This document shows, piece by piece, positions 51,604 through 61,561 of a DNA stretch of 64,000 nucleotides. Origin of the DNA: Spirochaetia bacterium (GTDB taxonomy: Bacteria > Spirochaetota > Spirochaetia > DSM-2461); the NCBI GenBank assembly GCA_963668315.1, contig OY764216.1, positions 4,960,001 to 5,024,000 on the forward strand, read 5' to 3'. A program made the position numbers and the translations under genes. Position 1 is the first letter of the stretch; each line of letters begins with the position of its first letter. Below the pieces are notes generated by a model. That model saw nothing but the letters and a program-made list of their open reading frames with translations. It was not told the DNA's origin and made no database searches.

Positions 51604-51641
51604 TTGAAGGATTAATGAAATTCGCATAAGATACGTTAGAT
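51604..51641 (+). promoter_or_regulatory. attI-like site with an overlapping Pc-like promoter
   Basis: G/TTAGAT at 51635-51641 is complementary to the end of cassette 1 (GCATCTAAC, 52045-52053); no left hairpin arm; TTGAAG-17-TAAGAT at 51604-51632. Confidence 0.7.
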
Positions 51642-51662
51642 GCAACTTTTTTGAAGGATTGA

Positions 51663-52052
51663 ATGAGAAAAATAGACATTATACAAGAACTTAAAAATTC
51701 CAATTTAGACCTATCGAAGGTATGGACTTTATGTGGAACAGCAATGGTTTTACATGAATTGCGGGAAACAACATCTGACATTGATTTAGGGTGTTCATCT
51801 CAATATTTCAATGAACTTCTTAAAAATAACTTTCCTGTTAAAACCTGGGAGAATGGCGACCGTTCGATACATTACACTGGAAATATTGAGATATTTGAAG
51901 AATGGAATATAAACGAGAAAAATTATTTTGATGGCATTGCAACTTCATCTGTAAATGATCTAATAGAACAAAAAGAATCTTTAAACAGAGAAAAAGATAA
52001 AAAAGATCTAGAAGTTCTTTATGCTAAACGTCTCCAAAAAAGCAGCATCTAA
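51663..52052 (+). CDS. Cassette 1: nucleotidyltransferase-fold protein
   Basis: hCGTAMVLHELRETTSDIDL (G..DxD NTase-like) and C-terminal REKDKKD; stop codon lies inside R''. Confidence 0.6.
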   Translation: MRKIDIIQELKNSNLDLSKVWTLCGTAMVLHELRETTSDIDLGCSSQYFNELLKNNFPVKTWENGDRSIHYTGNIEIFEEWNINEKNYFDGIATSSVNDLIEQKESLNREKDKKDLEVLYAKRLQKSSI

Positions 52053-52137
52053 CAGACAATATATGCTCCGCTTCGCTGCGGTCTTCGACAAATCTATCAC
52101 TGCGTGATAGACTTCATATATCGTCGGAACGTTATAC
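52047..52137 (+). repeat. attC-like site 1 (91 bp)
   Basis: ATCTAAC-A-GACAATATATG...CATATATCGTC-GGAAC-GTTATAC. Confidence 0.85.
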
Positions 52138-52176
52138 ACAATTTCTTTTTTGAAGATTTTTTTGGAGTATTTGTTG

Positions 52177-53094
52177 ATGAATAAATTATGGCTTTTTGTA
52201 TCAATCATGACCGTTTTTTTGTTTTTTTCTTGCTCTTCTACACCCTATTCAGGAATGGAAATCATTTCAGAAAGTGACGGATATAATTATTACATTGAAA
52301 ATAGTGAATCGAACTCTTTGATCATTTATATTGATGGTAGTGGATATCAATCAGTTTTAGGTCAACGAGATGATTCTGAGAAATGGACCACTACCACCTT
52401 ATCCAATCCACTATCACAGCATTTTAGGAAGAGTTATAATATTCTCATCCCTGAGAAGTTAGATTTTTCTCCTGGAGAAATATATCTTGATAATTCTGAA
52501 GTCCTGAGTAAATCAACGGTTCAGGCTCTTGGATTAAGTTATTCCCAGAAAATAGATAACTTTTTAAGTAATCATAATTTTACTGAAATTATTTTAATAG
52601 GCGCATCAGAAGGAGGTGCCCTTTTACCTTATATTTATAACAATCTGTTACATATAGGTGAAATCAATAAACTAGTAATTTGGAGTGGAGGAGGTCTTAG
52701 TCAACTGAAAGAGTTTCAAATCCTAGGTAATTCGTCAGTTTTAATGCCTGATCAATATCGTGATCTTTGCAAGCAAGTTGATGAAATGGCTGAAGCTATC
52801 AACTCAGAACCTGAAGCTATTGATAAATTTTACCTAGGGCATCCATATATTCGTTGGAGTAGTTTTTTTAAATATGAGCCTATAGATTATATTAGGCAAA
52901 TAGATATTCCCATTTTGTTTATTCACGGAGAGATGGATTGGTCAACACCTGTTGAATCAACACGTATTATTGAAGAATCAAATATTTCTGATCAATTTGA
53001 TTTTATTTATTATCCTAAGATGGAACATAGTCCTTCGTCTTTTGCTGAATTGAAAAGAGTTTTAAAAGACATTGAGGAATGGATACTTGGTTGA
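52177..53094 (+). CDS. Cassette 2: alpha/beta hydrolase lipoprotein
   Basis: Lipobox FFSC; DGSG, GASEG nucleophile, HGEMD, MEH. Confidence 0.82.
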   Translation: MNKLWLFVSIMTVFLFFSCSSTPYSGMEIISESDGYNYYIENSESNSLIIYIDGSGYQSVLGQRDDSEKWTTTTLSNPLSQHFRKSYNILIPEKLDFSPGEIYLDNSEVLSKSTVQALGLSYSQKIDNFLSNHNFTEIILIGASEGGALLPYIYNNLLHIGEINKLVIWSGGGLSQLKEFQILGNSSVLMPDQYRDLCKQVDEMAEAINSEPEAIDKFYLGHPYIRWSSFFKYEPIDYIRQIDIPILFIHGEMDWSTPVESTRIIEESNISDQFDFIYYPKMEHSPSSFAELKRVLKDIEEWILG

Positions 53095-53117
53095 ACACCG
53101 TTCAAAAAAGAAACTGT

Positions 53118-53262
53118 GTATAACAGAGAATATACGGCTCCGCTTCGCTCCGGCCCAAATTGTTTCTTTGACAAATCTCAAAAAAAGTAGTTATACTTTT
53201 TCCGAGATTTATCAACCCCACAAGGGGGCGAAACAACTTCGTATATTCTCGAAACGTTATAG
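53118..53262 (+). repeat. attC-like site 2 (145 bp)
   Basis: GTATAAC-A-GAGAATATACG...CGTATATTCTC-GAAAC-GTTATAG. Confidence 0.88.
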
Positions 53263-53291
53263 GAAATTTACAATATGCGTATAAGGAAAAC

Positions 53292-53606
53292 ATGGTGGAA
53301 TTAACCTCAGAAGAATTCGACAATACATTTACATCCAATTTCAATGAAGTTACTGAAACGGCAGAAAATTTTAATGGCAAAGATTTTGATCAATATGTTA
53401 AGTCGAATTTAATTGATGAACTTGGTGTTATGCAAATTGAATATATCTATGATACTAAAGATGGAAATTGGAGACATGTCATATTCAAAACACAACTGAA
53501 AAACATTAATTATGTGGTTGTCATAGATATAAATAAGAAAACTATTCTCGGGCACCATGTTTTAGATTTAAACGAAAAATATGGATTAAACGCTTTGGGA
53601 TTGTAA
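53292..53606 (+). CDS. Cassette 3: hypothetical protein
   Basis: RBS AAGGA; fills the cassette. Confidence 0.75.
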   Translation: MVELTSEEFDNTFTSNFNEVTETAENFNGKDFDQYVKSNLIDELGVMQIEYIYDTKDGNWRHVIFKTQLKNINYVVVIDINKKTILGHHVLDLNEKYGLNALGL

Positions 53607-53611
53607 ACTTC

Positions 53612-53757
53612 CTATAACAGCAAATGATGCGGTTACGGCTTTGCCTTCTCCCAAATTGCCTTTGACAAATACAGAAAAAAGTATGTTATACTTTTCCCTG
53701 TATTTATCAACCCCTTCGGGGTACCAGGCAACTTCGCATATTTGCGAAACGTTATGT
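53612..53757 (+). repeat. attC-like site 3 (146 bp)
   Basis: CTATAAC-A-GCAAAT[G]ATGCG...CGCATATTTGC-GAAAC-GTTATGT. Confidence 0.88.
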
Positions 53758-53817
53758 TCAATGCCCATTTTTAAAAGCTTGTTGTAGCCTCGCCCTTCCA
53801 TGGGCTCGGAGAAGATT

Positions 53818-55320
53818 ATGAAGAAACAAATATTTTCATATATAAATCTACTTAAAGAGTATATGATCCAGTGCGAAGGCAAAATAATAATTTCCCCTTA
53901 TCATTCAGATGTAAAAAAAATAAGATCAGTCGTAAAAAATGAAAGTGCTTTATTTAATAATGTTGTGTTTCGATGTTCAGATAGCGTTGAAATAAAAGAG
54001 CAAAATGAAAAAGAGACATTATTGTTTTCAATCATTTCCGAAGCACTACACAAACCCGATGATTATTATGAAAAATACAAACCAGAATTATTCCGAATAA
54101 AAAACAATCTGCAAGAAGTTTTATCAAAGGTTTTTCAAGAATATAAAAAGAATAGATCTTTCTGTAAAATAATAGCTGATTCTATTGGGTACAAGACATA
54201 CTCAATTCCAGAATCCATAGATTCATTTTTAGGCAAGGAACATTCATATATCTTCTTTTATATTTTTTTAAACCATATTTTTATTGATTTTTTGAAAGCG
54301 AATAATTGTTATGATATAGATACATTTTTAGAGATAGAATCCAATAAATGGTATGATTTTCATAGAAAAAAGTTTGAAGGGATAAAAAATCGGAAAAACT
54401 ACGAATATGAAATTTGTTATTATCTCAATTCGCCTATATGCACTTCTGAAAATGGAACAAAATTAGGAATCTTTAAATACTATGATAAGAATATCTCGTT
54501 ACAAACATCTTACGTTAATGATGATGAATTGGGGACATTAACATATGATTTTTCAGAAAAAGATTACTTAAAATATGTTAACACTAAAATTTCATATAAT
54601 GCTAAAATCCCCATAGAAGCTGAAGTCTCAACTTTTGAGGACTTATATAAAGAAGCAGAAGATATCGGTAAGAGGTTATTGACGAATCTACGATTAGCTT
54701 ATGAATTTGAAATTGGTGTATTAACTTTAAAAATCAAATCAAGGGATCAGTTTACTCCAGATATCAGATCTGGGAACAATATTGAATTTAGTAACAAATA
54801 TACAGCATATTTACCGAAAAGGTTTATTTTTTTTACAGATACACCAATAGATATCCAAGAGACTGACTGCTTAAGACTTTTTAAAAGATTGAACAAAGTT
54901 CAGGAAATAGATGATTGGTTAAAAATTGCCTGTAAAAGGTTTAATCTTTCGATAGATAACTATTTTGTTTATAACCATGACAGATTATTGGATATTGCAA
55001 TCGCATTTGAAGCAATTTTTTTAAATGACAATGAATCGACGAAAGAATTAACATATAGGTTAAGTGTCCGTGCAGCTAAGTTTTTAGGTAAAAATAAGAA
55101 TGAAAAAGAGAATATATTTAAAATTGTAAATGATTTATACAAGTATCGATCAAAGATAGCGCATGGTGTAGATATAAACTCTATGAAACCAAAAGATAGA
55201 GATAGAATTAATGAAATAAATATAGAAGCCCCGATTTTACTTAAACTTTCAATTGTTAAGTCGATTTTTATGAAAAGCAATGATTGGAGAAATTATTGGC
55301 AAACGTTAACTTTAAATTAA
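53818..55320 (+). CDS. Cassette 4: ApeA-like HEPN domain protein
   Basis: C-terminal IAFEAIF..ELTYRLSVRAA..LYKYRSKIAHG (R-x4-H). Confidence 0.75.
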   Translation: MKKQIFSYINLLKEYMIQCEGKIIISPYHSDVKKIRSVVKNESALFNNVVFRCSDSVEIKEQNEKETLLFSIISEALHKPDDYYEKYKPELFRIKNNLQEVLSKVFQEYKKNRSFCKIIADSIGYKTYSIPESIDSFLGKEHSYIFFYIFLNHIFIDFLKANNCYDIDTFLEIESNKWYDFHRKKFEGIKNRKNYEYEICYYLNSPICTSENGTKLGIFKYYDKNISLQTSYVNDDELGTLTYDFSEKDYLKYVNTKISYNAKIPIEAEVSTFEDLYKEAEDIGKRLLTNLRLAYEFEIGVLTLKIKSRDQFTPDIRSGNNIEFSNKYTAYLPKRFIFFTDTPIDIQETDCLRLFKRLNKVQEIDDWLKIACKRFNLSIDNYFVYNHDRLLDIAIAFEAIFLNDNESTKELTYRLSVRAAKFLGKNKNEKENIFKIVNDLYKYRSKIAHGVDINSMKPKDRDRINEINIEAPILLKLSIVKSIFMKSNDWRNYWQTLTLN

Positions 55321-55397
55321 ACCTGCTACATAATGCCGTCCATGGCATTATGTAGAATTTATACGCACACATTTAAAAATGGGCACTAAACATAACA

Positions 55398-56967
55398 CAT
55401 ATTAGGACCCCATCTGTCAAGGACAAATTTTCCCCTGTTCTATCTAGGTAGAACATTTTTATATGAAGATGAACCGGACCGATAAAGAATGAAGCATTCT
55501 GTCTTGTTTCTCAAACGGGCTGCAGAAAAGATCTGCTCCAAACACACATAGACACTTTAACTCCGTAATTTTACGGCATTATAGAAATACATCCGTACCC
55601 AATCCTGTCATAATCAATGAAAACGGATTTCTTGGGGAATCCAGTTATTTTCGTGATCAGGCTGGTGCAGAATTCTTCCAGACTTTCTCAATCCTGGTTA
55701 TTTAAAACAGGTCGAAGCAGATATCCAATCAGCGAACGCATAATTCTTCTTTCAAATGATAAATACGAATGATAGTCATGCTATAAAAAGCCGTATTTAC
55801 GGTCATTATCTTTTTATGATTATAGTTATACGTTAGGCTTATCTGCTCCACCTGTTATGAACAAAAACGGTCTATATCAAAGGCTTTCCTCCTTTTGAGA
55901 ACATAATATACAGCTCTGGCTAATTTATGGGCCATGATGGAATAGGCTTTCCCGTTTCCAAACTTTTGCACTAATCTCTGATGATATGATTTTATCTCCG
56001 GGCAATAGCGGATGAACATGACGGCCGCTTCGGAGAAAGCCCACTTGAGATTAGCATTGCCGATTTTGGTATTTTTGGATGCATACTGCTTTCCTCCCGA
56101 TTCCCTCTGACACTTGACTACGCGGCAATAGGAAACGAAGTTCTGTACACGAGGAAAACGGTTAATGTCTTCAATTTCATAGAGAATAGTCAGGGCAAGC
56201 ACATCACCTATCCCGGGAATAGATTTCAACAAAGAAAATGCTAGAGGATCAGAATGATTTGCTGCCTTCAAAACACGAGATTCTATCTTCCGGATCTGTT
56301 CGGTTAACGCATCAACGACGGCTATGTCGACTTCCATATTCATTTTGACCGCCGGATCATCAAACCGTTCGAGTAATTCAGTCTTCGAAGCAATCGTAAG
56401 AGAATTGATCCCCTTCTTTATGGTATCGAAATTGTATTGGGTATTGGTATTCTGGATATGAGAAAGAAGATCTGATCTCCTGCGAACAAGATATATTCGC
56501 CGTCTGAAGAGGTCTCGAATAGCTCTGGTTTTCTGTGGGTAGACATAGGCTTGAGGGATCAGGCCACCTTTTAGCAATGCCGCTATCTTCTGGGAATCGA
56601 TTTTATCGTTCTTGGTTTTTCCTCCGCTTATAGCCTTCATGTAGAGGGCGTGGCCAAGGACAAAGGGAATACTGTTTAGCTGGCAGTAATCGGCAATCCA
56701 GTACCATGTGAAAATACACTCGACACAGATGACGATATCATTAAGAAAGGGGGCGATCGCTTGTTGAAGGTGAACCGGATCAGCGATCATGTTTTTATGA
56801 TAGACGATTTCGCCATCCTGGTTCATAATGCAGATATACATCTTTTTCGTGTGGAGATCGATTCCGCAGTAAAAGTTGTGTTGTTGGGTATAAAATTTCA
56901 TAAGGGCTCCTTTGGTTAAGGTTGTTGGAAATTTTAACATAACCACTAGGGGTCCTTATGATTATCA
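55398..56967 (-). mobile_element. IS110-family (IS1111-type) element, copy 1 (1570 bp)
   Basis: Sub-terminal IRs ATTAGGACCCC/GGGGTCCTTAT; CA core on both flanks; no TSD; about 455-bp non-coding region downstream of the transposase. Confidence 0.92.
55855..56901 (-). CDS. IS110 family recombinase/transposase
   Basis: GIDLH, CVE, KNDKIDS (DEDD), SIPGIG, RESGG; ATG at 56901 after AAGGAG. Confidence 0.95.
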   Translation of the reverse strand: MKFYTQQHNFYCGIDLHTKKMYICIMNQDGEIVYHKNMIADPVHLQQAIAPFLNDIVICVECIFTWYWIADYCQLNSIPFVLGHALYMKAISGGKTKNDKIDSQKIAALLKGGLIPQAYVYPQKTRAIRDLFRRRIYLVRRRSDLLSHIQNTNTQYNFDTIKKGINSLTIASKTELLERFDDPAVKMNMEVDIAVVDALTEQIRKIESRVLKAANHSDPLAFSLLKSIPGIGDVLALTILYEIEDINRFPRVQNFVSYCRVVKCQRESGGKQYASKNTKIGNANLKWAFSEAAVMFIRYCPEIKSYHQRLVQKFGNGKAYSIMAHKLARAVYYVLKRRKAFDIDRFCS

Positions 56968-57139
56968 GCGAATATACGCTGCGGCTTCGCCTTGGCCTTC
57001 GGCAAATAAACCCTTTGAAAATATTCTAAAAAATTATGATATAATTTCCCAGAATATTTTCAAGCCCGCAAGGGGCTGGGTTTACTTCGTATATTCGCGG
57101 AACGTTATAGGAAACATATTTTTGGAGATTATTTCGCAA

Positions 57140-57661
57140 ATGAAGAATATACTTGAAATGATAAAGAAAGATGCACGATTGTCATTCTGGAGCGAAGAAA
57201 AATTGGAACTGGAAGGCTTTGAGAGGATTTCAGCGACATTGACAACAATTCATAGATTCATTCTCAGCCCTCTCATTGCATATGTCTTCATTGCAGGTAT
57301 AACCAACATGTTACTAAATGTCTCATCAGTAGAAACATACATGATTATTCTCAGTTTTGTACTTGCCATATTCGTCTTTTACTTTTATGGCTATAGGTTT
57401 CTATCTGCTAATCATGCTTTTTTCGATAGAAAAAGTCGAATTGTTCTAATTTTTCTCCCATATAAGTATAGAATTATAAGTGTAAATAAAGACAACATTT
57501 ATTCAGTCGATGGTACAACATTTAATCCTATTGATTTCGTTACAATTAGAGTTAGAGAAGGAGACAAAGTAAGAAAATATCATTTTGTCTCTTCATTTAG
57601 ATTTTTCAAAGCATACACGGAGCATCCTATTGTTAAAAATATTAGGGAATACCTTAGATAG
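57140..57661 (+). CDS. Cassette 5: hypothetical 2-TM membrane protein (copy 1)
   Basis: ATG after GGAG inside the cassette GTTATAGGA...TCCTATAAC. Confidence 0.75.
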   Translation: MKNILEMIKKDARLSFWSEEKLELEGFERISATLTTIHRFILSPLIAYVFIAGITNMLLNVSSVETYMIILSFVLAIFVFYFYGYRFLSANHAFFDRKSRIVLIFLPYKYRIISVNKDNIYSVDGTTFNPIDFVTIRVREGDKVRKYHFVSSFRFFKAYTEHPIVKNIREYLR

Positions 57662-57694
57662 AACCACGTGCCAAAAAATATGCATCCTATAACA

Positions 57695-59264
57695 CATATT
57701 AGGACCCCATCTGTCAAGGACAAATTTTCCCCTGTTCTATCTAGGTAGAACATTTTTATATGAAGATGAACCGGACCGATAAAGAATGAAGCATTCTGTC
57801 TTGTTTCTCAAACGGGCTGCAGAAAAGATCTGCTCCAAACACACATAGACACTTTAACTCCGTAATTTTACGGCATTATAGAAATACATCCGTACCCAAT
57901 CCTGTCATAATCAATGAAAACGGATTTCTTGGGGAATCCAGTTATTTTCGTGATCAGGCTGGTGCAGAATTCTTCCAGACTTTCTCAATCCTGGTTATTT
58001 AAAACAGGTCGAAGCAGATATCCAATCAGCGAACGCATAATTCTTCTTTCAAATGATAAATACGAATGATAGTCATGCTATAAAAAGCCGTATTTACGGT
58101 CATTATCTTTTTATGATTATAGTTATACGTTAGGCTTATCTGCTCCACCTGTTATGAACAAAAACGGTCTATATCAAAGGCTTTCCTCCTTTTGAGAACA
58201 TAATATACAGCTCTGGCTAATTTATGGGCCATGATGGAATAGGCTTTCCCGTTTCCAAACTTTTGCACTAATCTCTGATGATATGATTTTATCTCCGGGC
58301 AATAGCGGATGAACATGACGGCCGCTTCGGAGAAAGCCCACTTGAGATTAGCATTGCCGATTTTGGTATTTTTGGATGCATACTGCTTTCCTCCCGATTC
58401 CCTCTGACACTTGACTACGCGGCAATAGGAAACGAAGTTCTGTACACGAGGAAAACGGTTAATGTCTTCAATTTCATAGAGAATAGTCAGGGCAAGCACA
58501 TCACCTATCCCGGGAATAGATTTCAACAAAGAAAATGCTAGAGGATCAGAATGATTTGCTGCCTTCAAAACACGAGATTCTATCTTCCGGATCTGTTCGG
58601 TTAACGCATCAACGACGGCTATGTCGACTTCCATATTCATTTTGACCGCCGGATCATCAAACCGTTCGAGTAATTCAGTCTTCGAAGCAATCGTAAGAGA
58701 ATTGATCCCCTTCTTTATGGTATCGAAATTGTATTGGGTATTGGTATTCTGGATATGAGAAAGAAGATCTGATCTCCTGCGAACAAGATATATTCGCCGT
58801 CTGAAGAGGTCTCGAATAGCTCTGGTTTTCTGTGGGTAGACATAGGCTTGAGGGATCAGGCCACCTTTTAGCAATGCCGCTATCTTCTGGGAATCGATTT
58901 TATCGTTCTTGGTTTTTCCTCCGCTTATAGCCTTCATGTAGAGGGCGTGGCCAAGGACAAAGGGAATACTGTTTAGCTGGCAGTAATCGGCAATCCAGTA
59001 CCATGTGAAAATACACTCGACACAGATGACGATATCATTAAGAAAGGGGGCGATCGCTTGTTGAAGGTGAACCGGATCAGCGATCATGTTTTTATGATAG
59101 ACGATTTCGCCATCCTGGTTCATAATGCAGATATACATCTTTTTCGTGTGGAGATCGATTCCGCAGTAAAAGTTGTGTTGTTGGGTATAAAATTTCATAA
59201 GGGCTCCTTTGGTTAAGGTTGTTGGAAATTTTAACATAACCACTAGGGGTCCTTATGATTATCA
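57695..59264 (-). mobile_element. IS110-family element, copy 2
   Basis: Same as copy 1, offset 2297 bp. Confidence 0.92.
58152..59198 (-). CDS. IS110 family recombinase/transposase
   Basis: Protein identical to copy 1. Confidence 0.95.
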   Translation of the reverse strand: MKFYTQQHNFYCGIDLHTKKMYICIMNQDGEIVYHKNMIADPVHLQQAIAPFLNDIVICVECIFTWYWIADYCQLNSIPFVLGHALYMKAISGGKTKNDKIDSQKIAALLKGGLIPQAYVYPQKTRAIRDLFRRRIYLVRRRSDLLSHIQNTNTQYNFDTIKKGINSLTIASKTELLERFDDPAVKMNMEVDIAVVDALTEQIRKIESRVLKAANHSDPLAFSLLKSIPGIGDVLALTILYEIEDINRFPRVQNFVSYCRVVKCQRESGGKQYASKNTKIGNANLKWAFSEAAVMFIRYCPEIKSYHQRLVQKFGNGKAYSIMAHKLARAVYYVLKRRKAFDIDRFCS

Positions 59265-59436
59265 GCGAATATACGCTGCGGCTTCGCCTTGGCCTTCGGC
59301 AAATAAACCCTTTGAAAATATTCTAAAAAATTATGATATAATTTCCCAGAATATTTTCAAGCCCGCAAGGGGCTGGGTTTACTTCGTATATTCGCGGAAC
59401 GTTATAGGAAACATATTTTTGGAGATTATTTCGCAA

Positions 59437-59958
59437 ATGAAGAATATACTTGAAATGATAAAGAAAGATGCACGATTGTCATTCTGGAGCGAAGAAAAAT
59501 TGGAACTGGAAGGCTTTGAGAGGATTTCAGCGACATTGACAACAATTCATAGATTCATTCTCAGCCCTCTCATTGCATATGTCTTCATTGCAGGTATAAC
59601 CAACATGTTACTAAATGTCTCATCAGTAGAAACATACATGATTATTCTCAGTTTTGTACTTGCCATATTCGTCTTTTACTTTTATGGCTATAGGTTTCTA
59701 TCTGCTAATCATGCTTTTTTCGATAGAAAAAGTCGAATTGTTCTAATTTTTCTCCCATATAAGTATAGAATTATAAGTGTAAATAAAGACAACATTTATT
59801 CAGTCGATGGTACAACATTTAATCCTATTGATTTCGTTACAATTAGAGTTAGAGAAGGAGACAAAGTAAGAAAATATCATTTTGTCTCTTCATTTAGATT
59901 TTTCAAAGCATACACGGAGCATCCTATTGTTAAAAATATTAGGGAATACCTTAGATAG
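59437..59958 (+). CDS. Cassette 5 duplicate: hypothetical membrane protein (copy 2)
   Basis: Protein identical to 57140-57661. Confidence 0.75.
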   Translation: MKNILEMIKKDARLSFWSEEKLELEGFERISATLTTIHRFILSPLIAYVFIAGITNMLLNVSSVETYMIILSFVLAIFVFYFYGYRFLSANHAFFDRKSRIVLIFLPYKYRIISVNKDNIYSVDGTTFNPIDFVTIRVREGDKVRKYHFVSSFRFFKAYTEHPIVKNIREYLR

Positions 59959-59991
59959 AACCACGTGCCAAAAAATATGCATCCTATAACA

Positions 59992-61561
59992 CATATTAGG
60001 ACCCCATCTGTCAAGGACAAATTTTCCCCTGTTCTATCTAGGTAGAACATTTTTATATGAAGATGAACCGGACCGATAAAGAATGAAGCATTCTGTCTTG
60101 TTTCTCAAACGGGCTGCAGAAAAGATCTGCTCCAAACACACATAGACACTTTAACTCCGTAATTTTACGGCATTATAGAAATACATCCGTACCCAATCCT
60201 GTCATAATCAATGAAAACGGATTTCTTGGGGAATCCAGTTATTTTCGTGATCAGGCTGGTGCAGAATTCTTCCAGACTTTCTCAATCCTGGTTATTTAAA
60301 ACAGGTCGAAGCAGATATCCAATCAGCGAACGCATAATTCTTCTTTCAAATGATAAATACGAATGATAGTCATGCTATAAAAAGCCGTATTTACGGTCAT
60401 TATCTTTTTATGATTATAGTTATACGTTAGGCTTATCTGCTCCACCTGTTATGAACAAAAACGGTCTATATCAAAGGCTTTCCTCCTTTTGAGAACATAA
60501 TATACAGCTCTGGCTAATTTATGGGCCATGATGGAATAGGCTTTCCCGTTTCCAAACTTTTGCACTAATCTCTGATGATATGATTTTATCTCCGGGCAAT
60601 AGCGGATGAACATGACGGCCGCTTCGGAGAAAGCCCACTTGAGATTAGCATTGCCGATTTTGGTATTTTTGGATGCATACTGCTTTCCTCCCGATTCCCT
60701 CTGACACTTGACTACGCGGCAATAGGAAACGAAGTTCTGTACACGAGGAAAACGGTTAATGTCTTCAATTTCATAGAGAATAGTCAGGGCAAGCACATCA
60801 CCTATCCCGGGAATAGATTTCAACAAAGAAAATGCTAGAGGATCAGAATGATTTGCTGCCTTCAAAACACGAGATTCTATCTTCCGGATCTGTTCGGTTA
60901 ACGCATCAACGACGGCTATGTCGACTTCCATATTCATTTTGACCGCCGGATCATCAAACCGTTCGAGTAATTCAGTCTTCGAAGCAATCGTAAGAGAATT
61001 GATCCCCTTCTTTATGGTATCGAAATTGTATTGGGTATTGGTATTCTGGATATGAGAAAGAAGATCTGATCTCCTGCGAACAAGATATATTCGCCGTCTG
61101 AAGAGGTCTCGAATAGCTCTGGTTTTCTGTGGGTAGACATAGGCTTGAGGGATCAGGCCACCTTTTAGCAATGCCGCTATCTTCTGGGAATCGATTTTAT
61201 CGTTCTTGGTTTTTCCTCCGCTTATAGCCTTCATGTAGAGGGCGTGGCCAAGGACAAAGGGAATACTGTTTAGCTGGCAGTAATCGGCAATCCAGTACCA
61301 TGTGAAAATACACTCGACACAGATGACGATATCATTAAGAAAGGGGGCGATCGCTTGTTGAAGGTGAACCGGATCAGCGATCATGTTTTTATGATAGACG
61401 ATTTCGCCATCCTGGTTCATAATGCAGATATACATCTTTTTCGTGTGGAGATCGATTCCGCAGTAAAAGTTGTGTTGTTGGGTATAAAATTTCATAAGGG
61501 CTCCTTTGGTTAAGGTTGTTGGAAATTTTAACATAACCACTAGGGGTCCTTATGATTATCA
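59992..61561 (-). mobile_element. IS110-family element, copy 3
   Basis: Same as copy 1, offset 4594 bp. Confidence 0.92.
60449..61495 (-). CDS. IS110 family recombinase/transposase
   Basis: Protein identical to copy 1. Confidence 0.95.
   Translation of the reverse strand: MKFYTQQHNFYCGIDLHTKKMYICIMNQDGEIVYHKNMIADPVHLQQAIAPFLNDIVICVECIFTWYWIADYCQLNSIPFVLGHALYMKAISGGKTKNDKIDSQKIAALLKGGLIPQAYVYPQKTRAIRDLFRRRIYLVRRRSDLLSHIQNTNTQYNFDTIKKGINSLTIASKTELLERFDDPAVKMNMEVDIAVVDALTEQIRKIESRVLKAANHSDPLAFSLLKSIPGIGDVLALTILYEIEDINRFPRVQNFVSYCRVVKCQRESGGKQYASKNTKIGNANLKWAFSEAAVMFIRYCPEIKSYHQRLVQKFGNGKAYSIMAHKLARAVYYVLKRRKAFDIDRFCS

Larger units (their letters stand above)
55390..57110 (+). repeat. attC-like site 4, split by IS copy 1 (151 bp when rejoined)
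   Basis: ACATAACA (55390-55397) | IS | GCGAATATACG...CGTATATTCGC-GGAAC-GTTATAG (56968-57110). Confidence 0.85.
57687..59407 (+). repeat. attC-like site split by IS copy 2 (body matches site 4)
   Basis: CTATAACA | IS | GCGAATATACG...GGAAC-GTTATAG. Confidence 0.85.

Noticed and set aside
56912..57139. N-terminal 76 aa of the 249-aa ORFs (also 59209-59436)
   Set aside because: This stretch runs through the IS end and the att site; the likely start is the ATG at 57140/59437 after GGAG.
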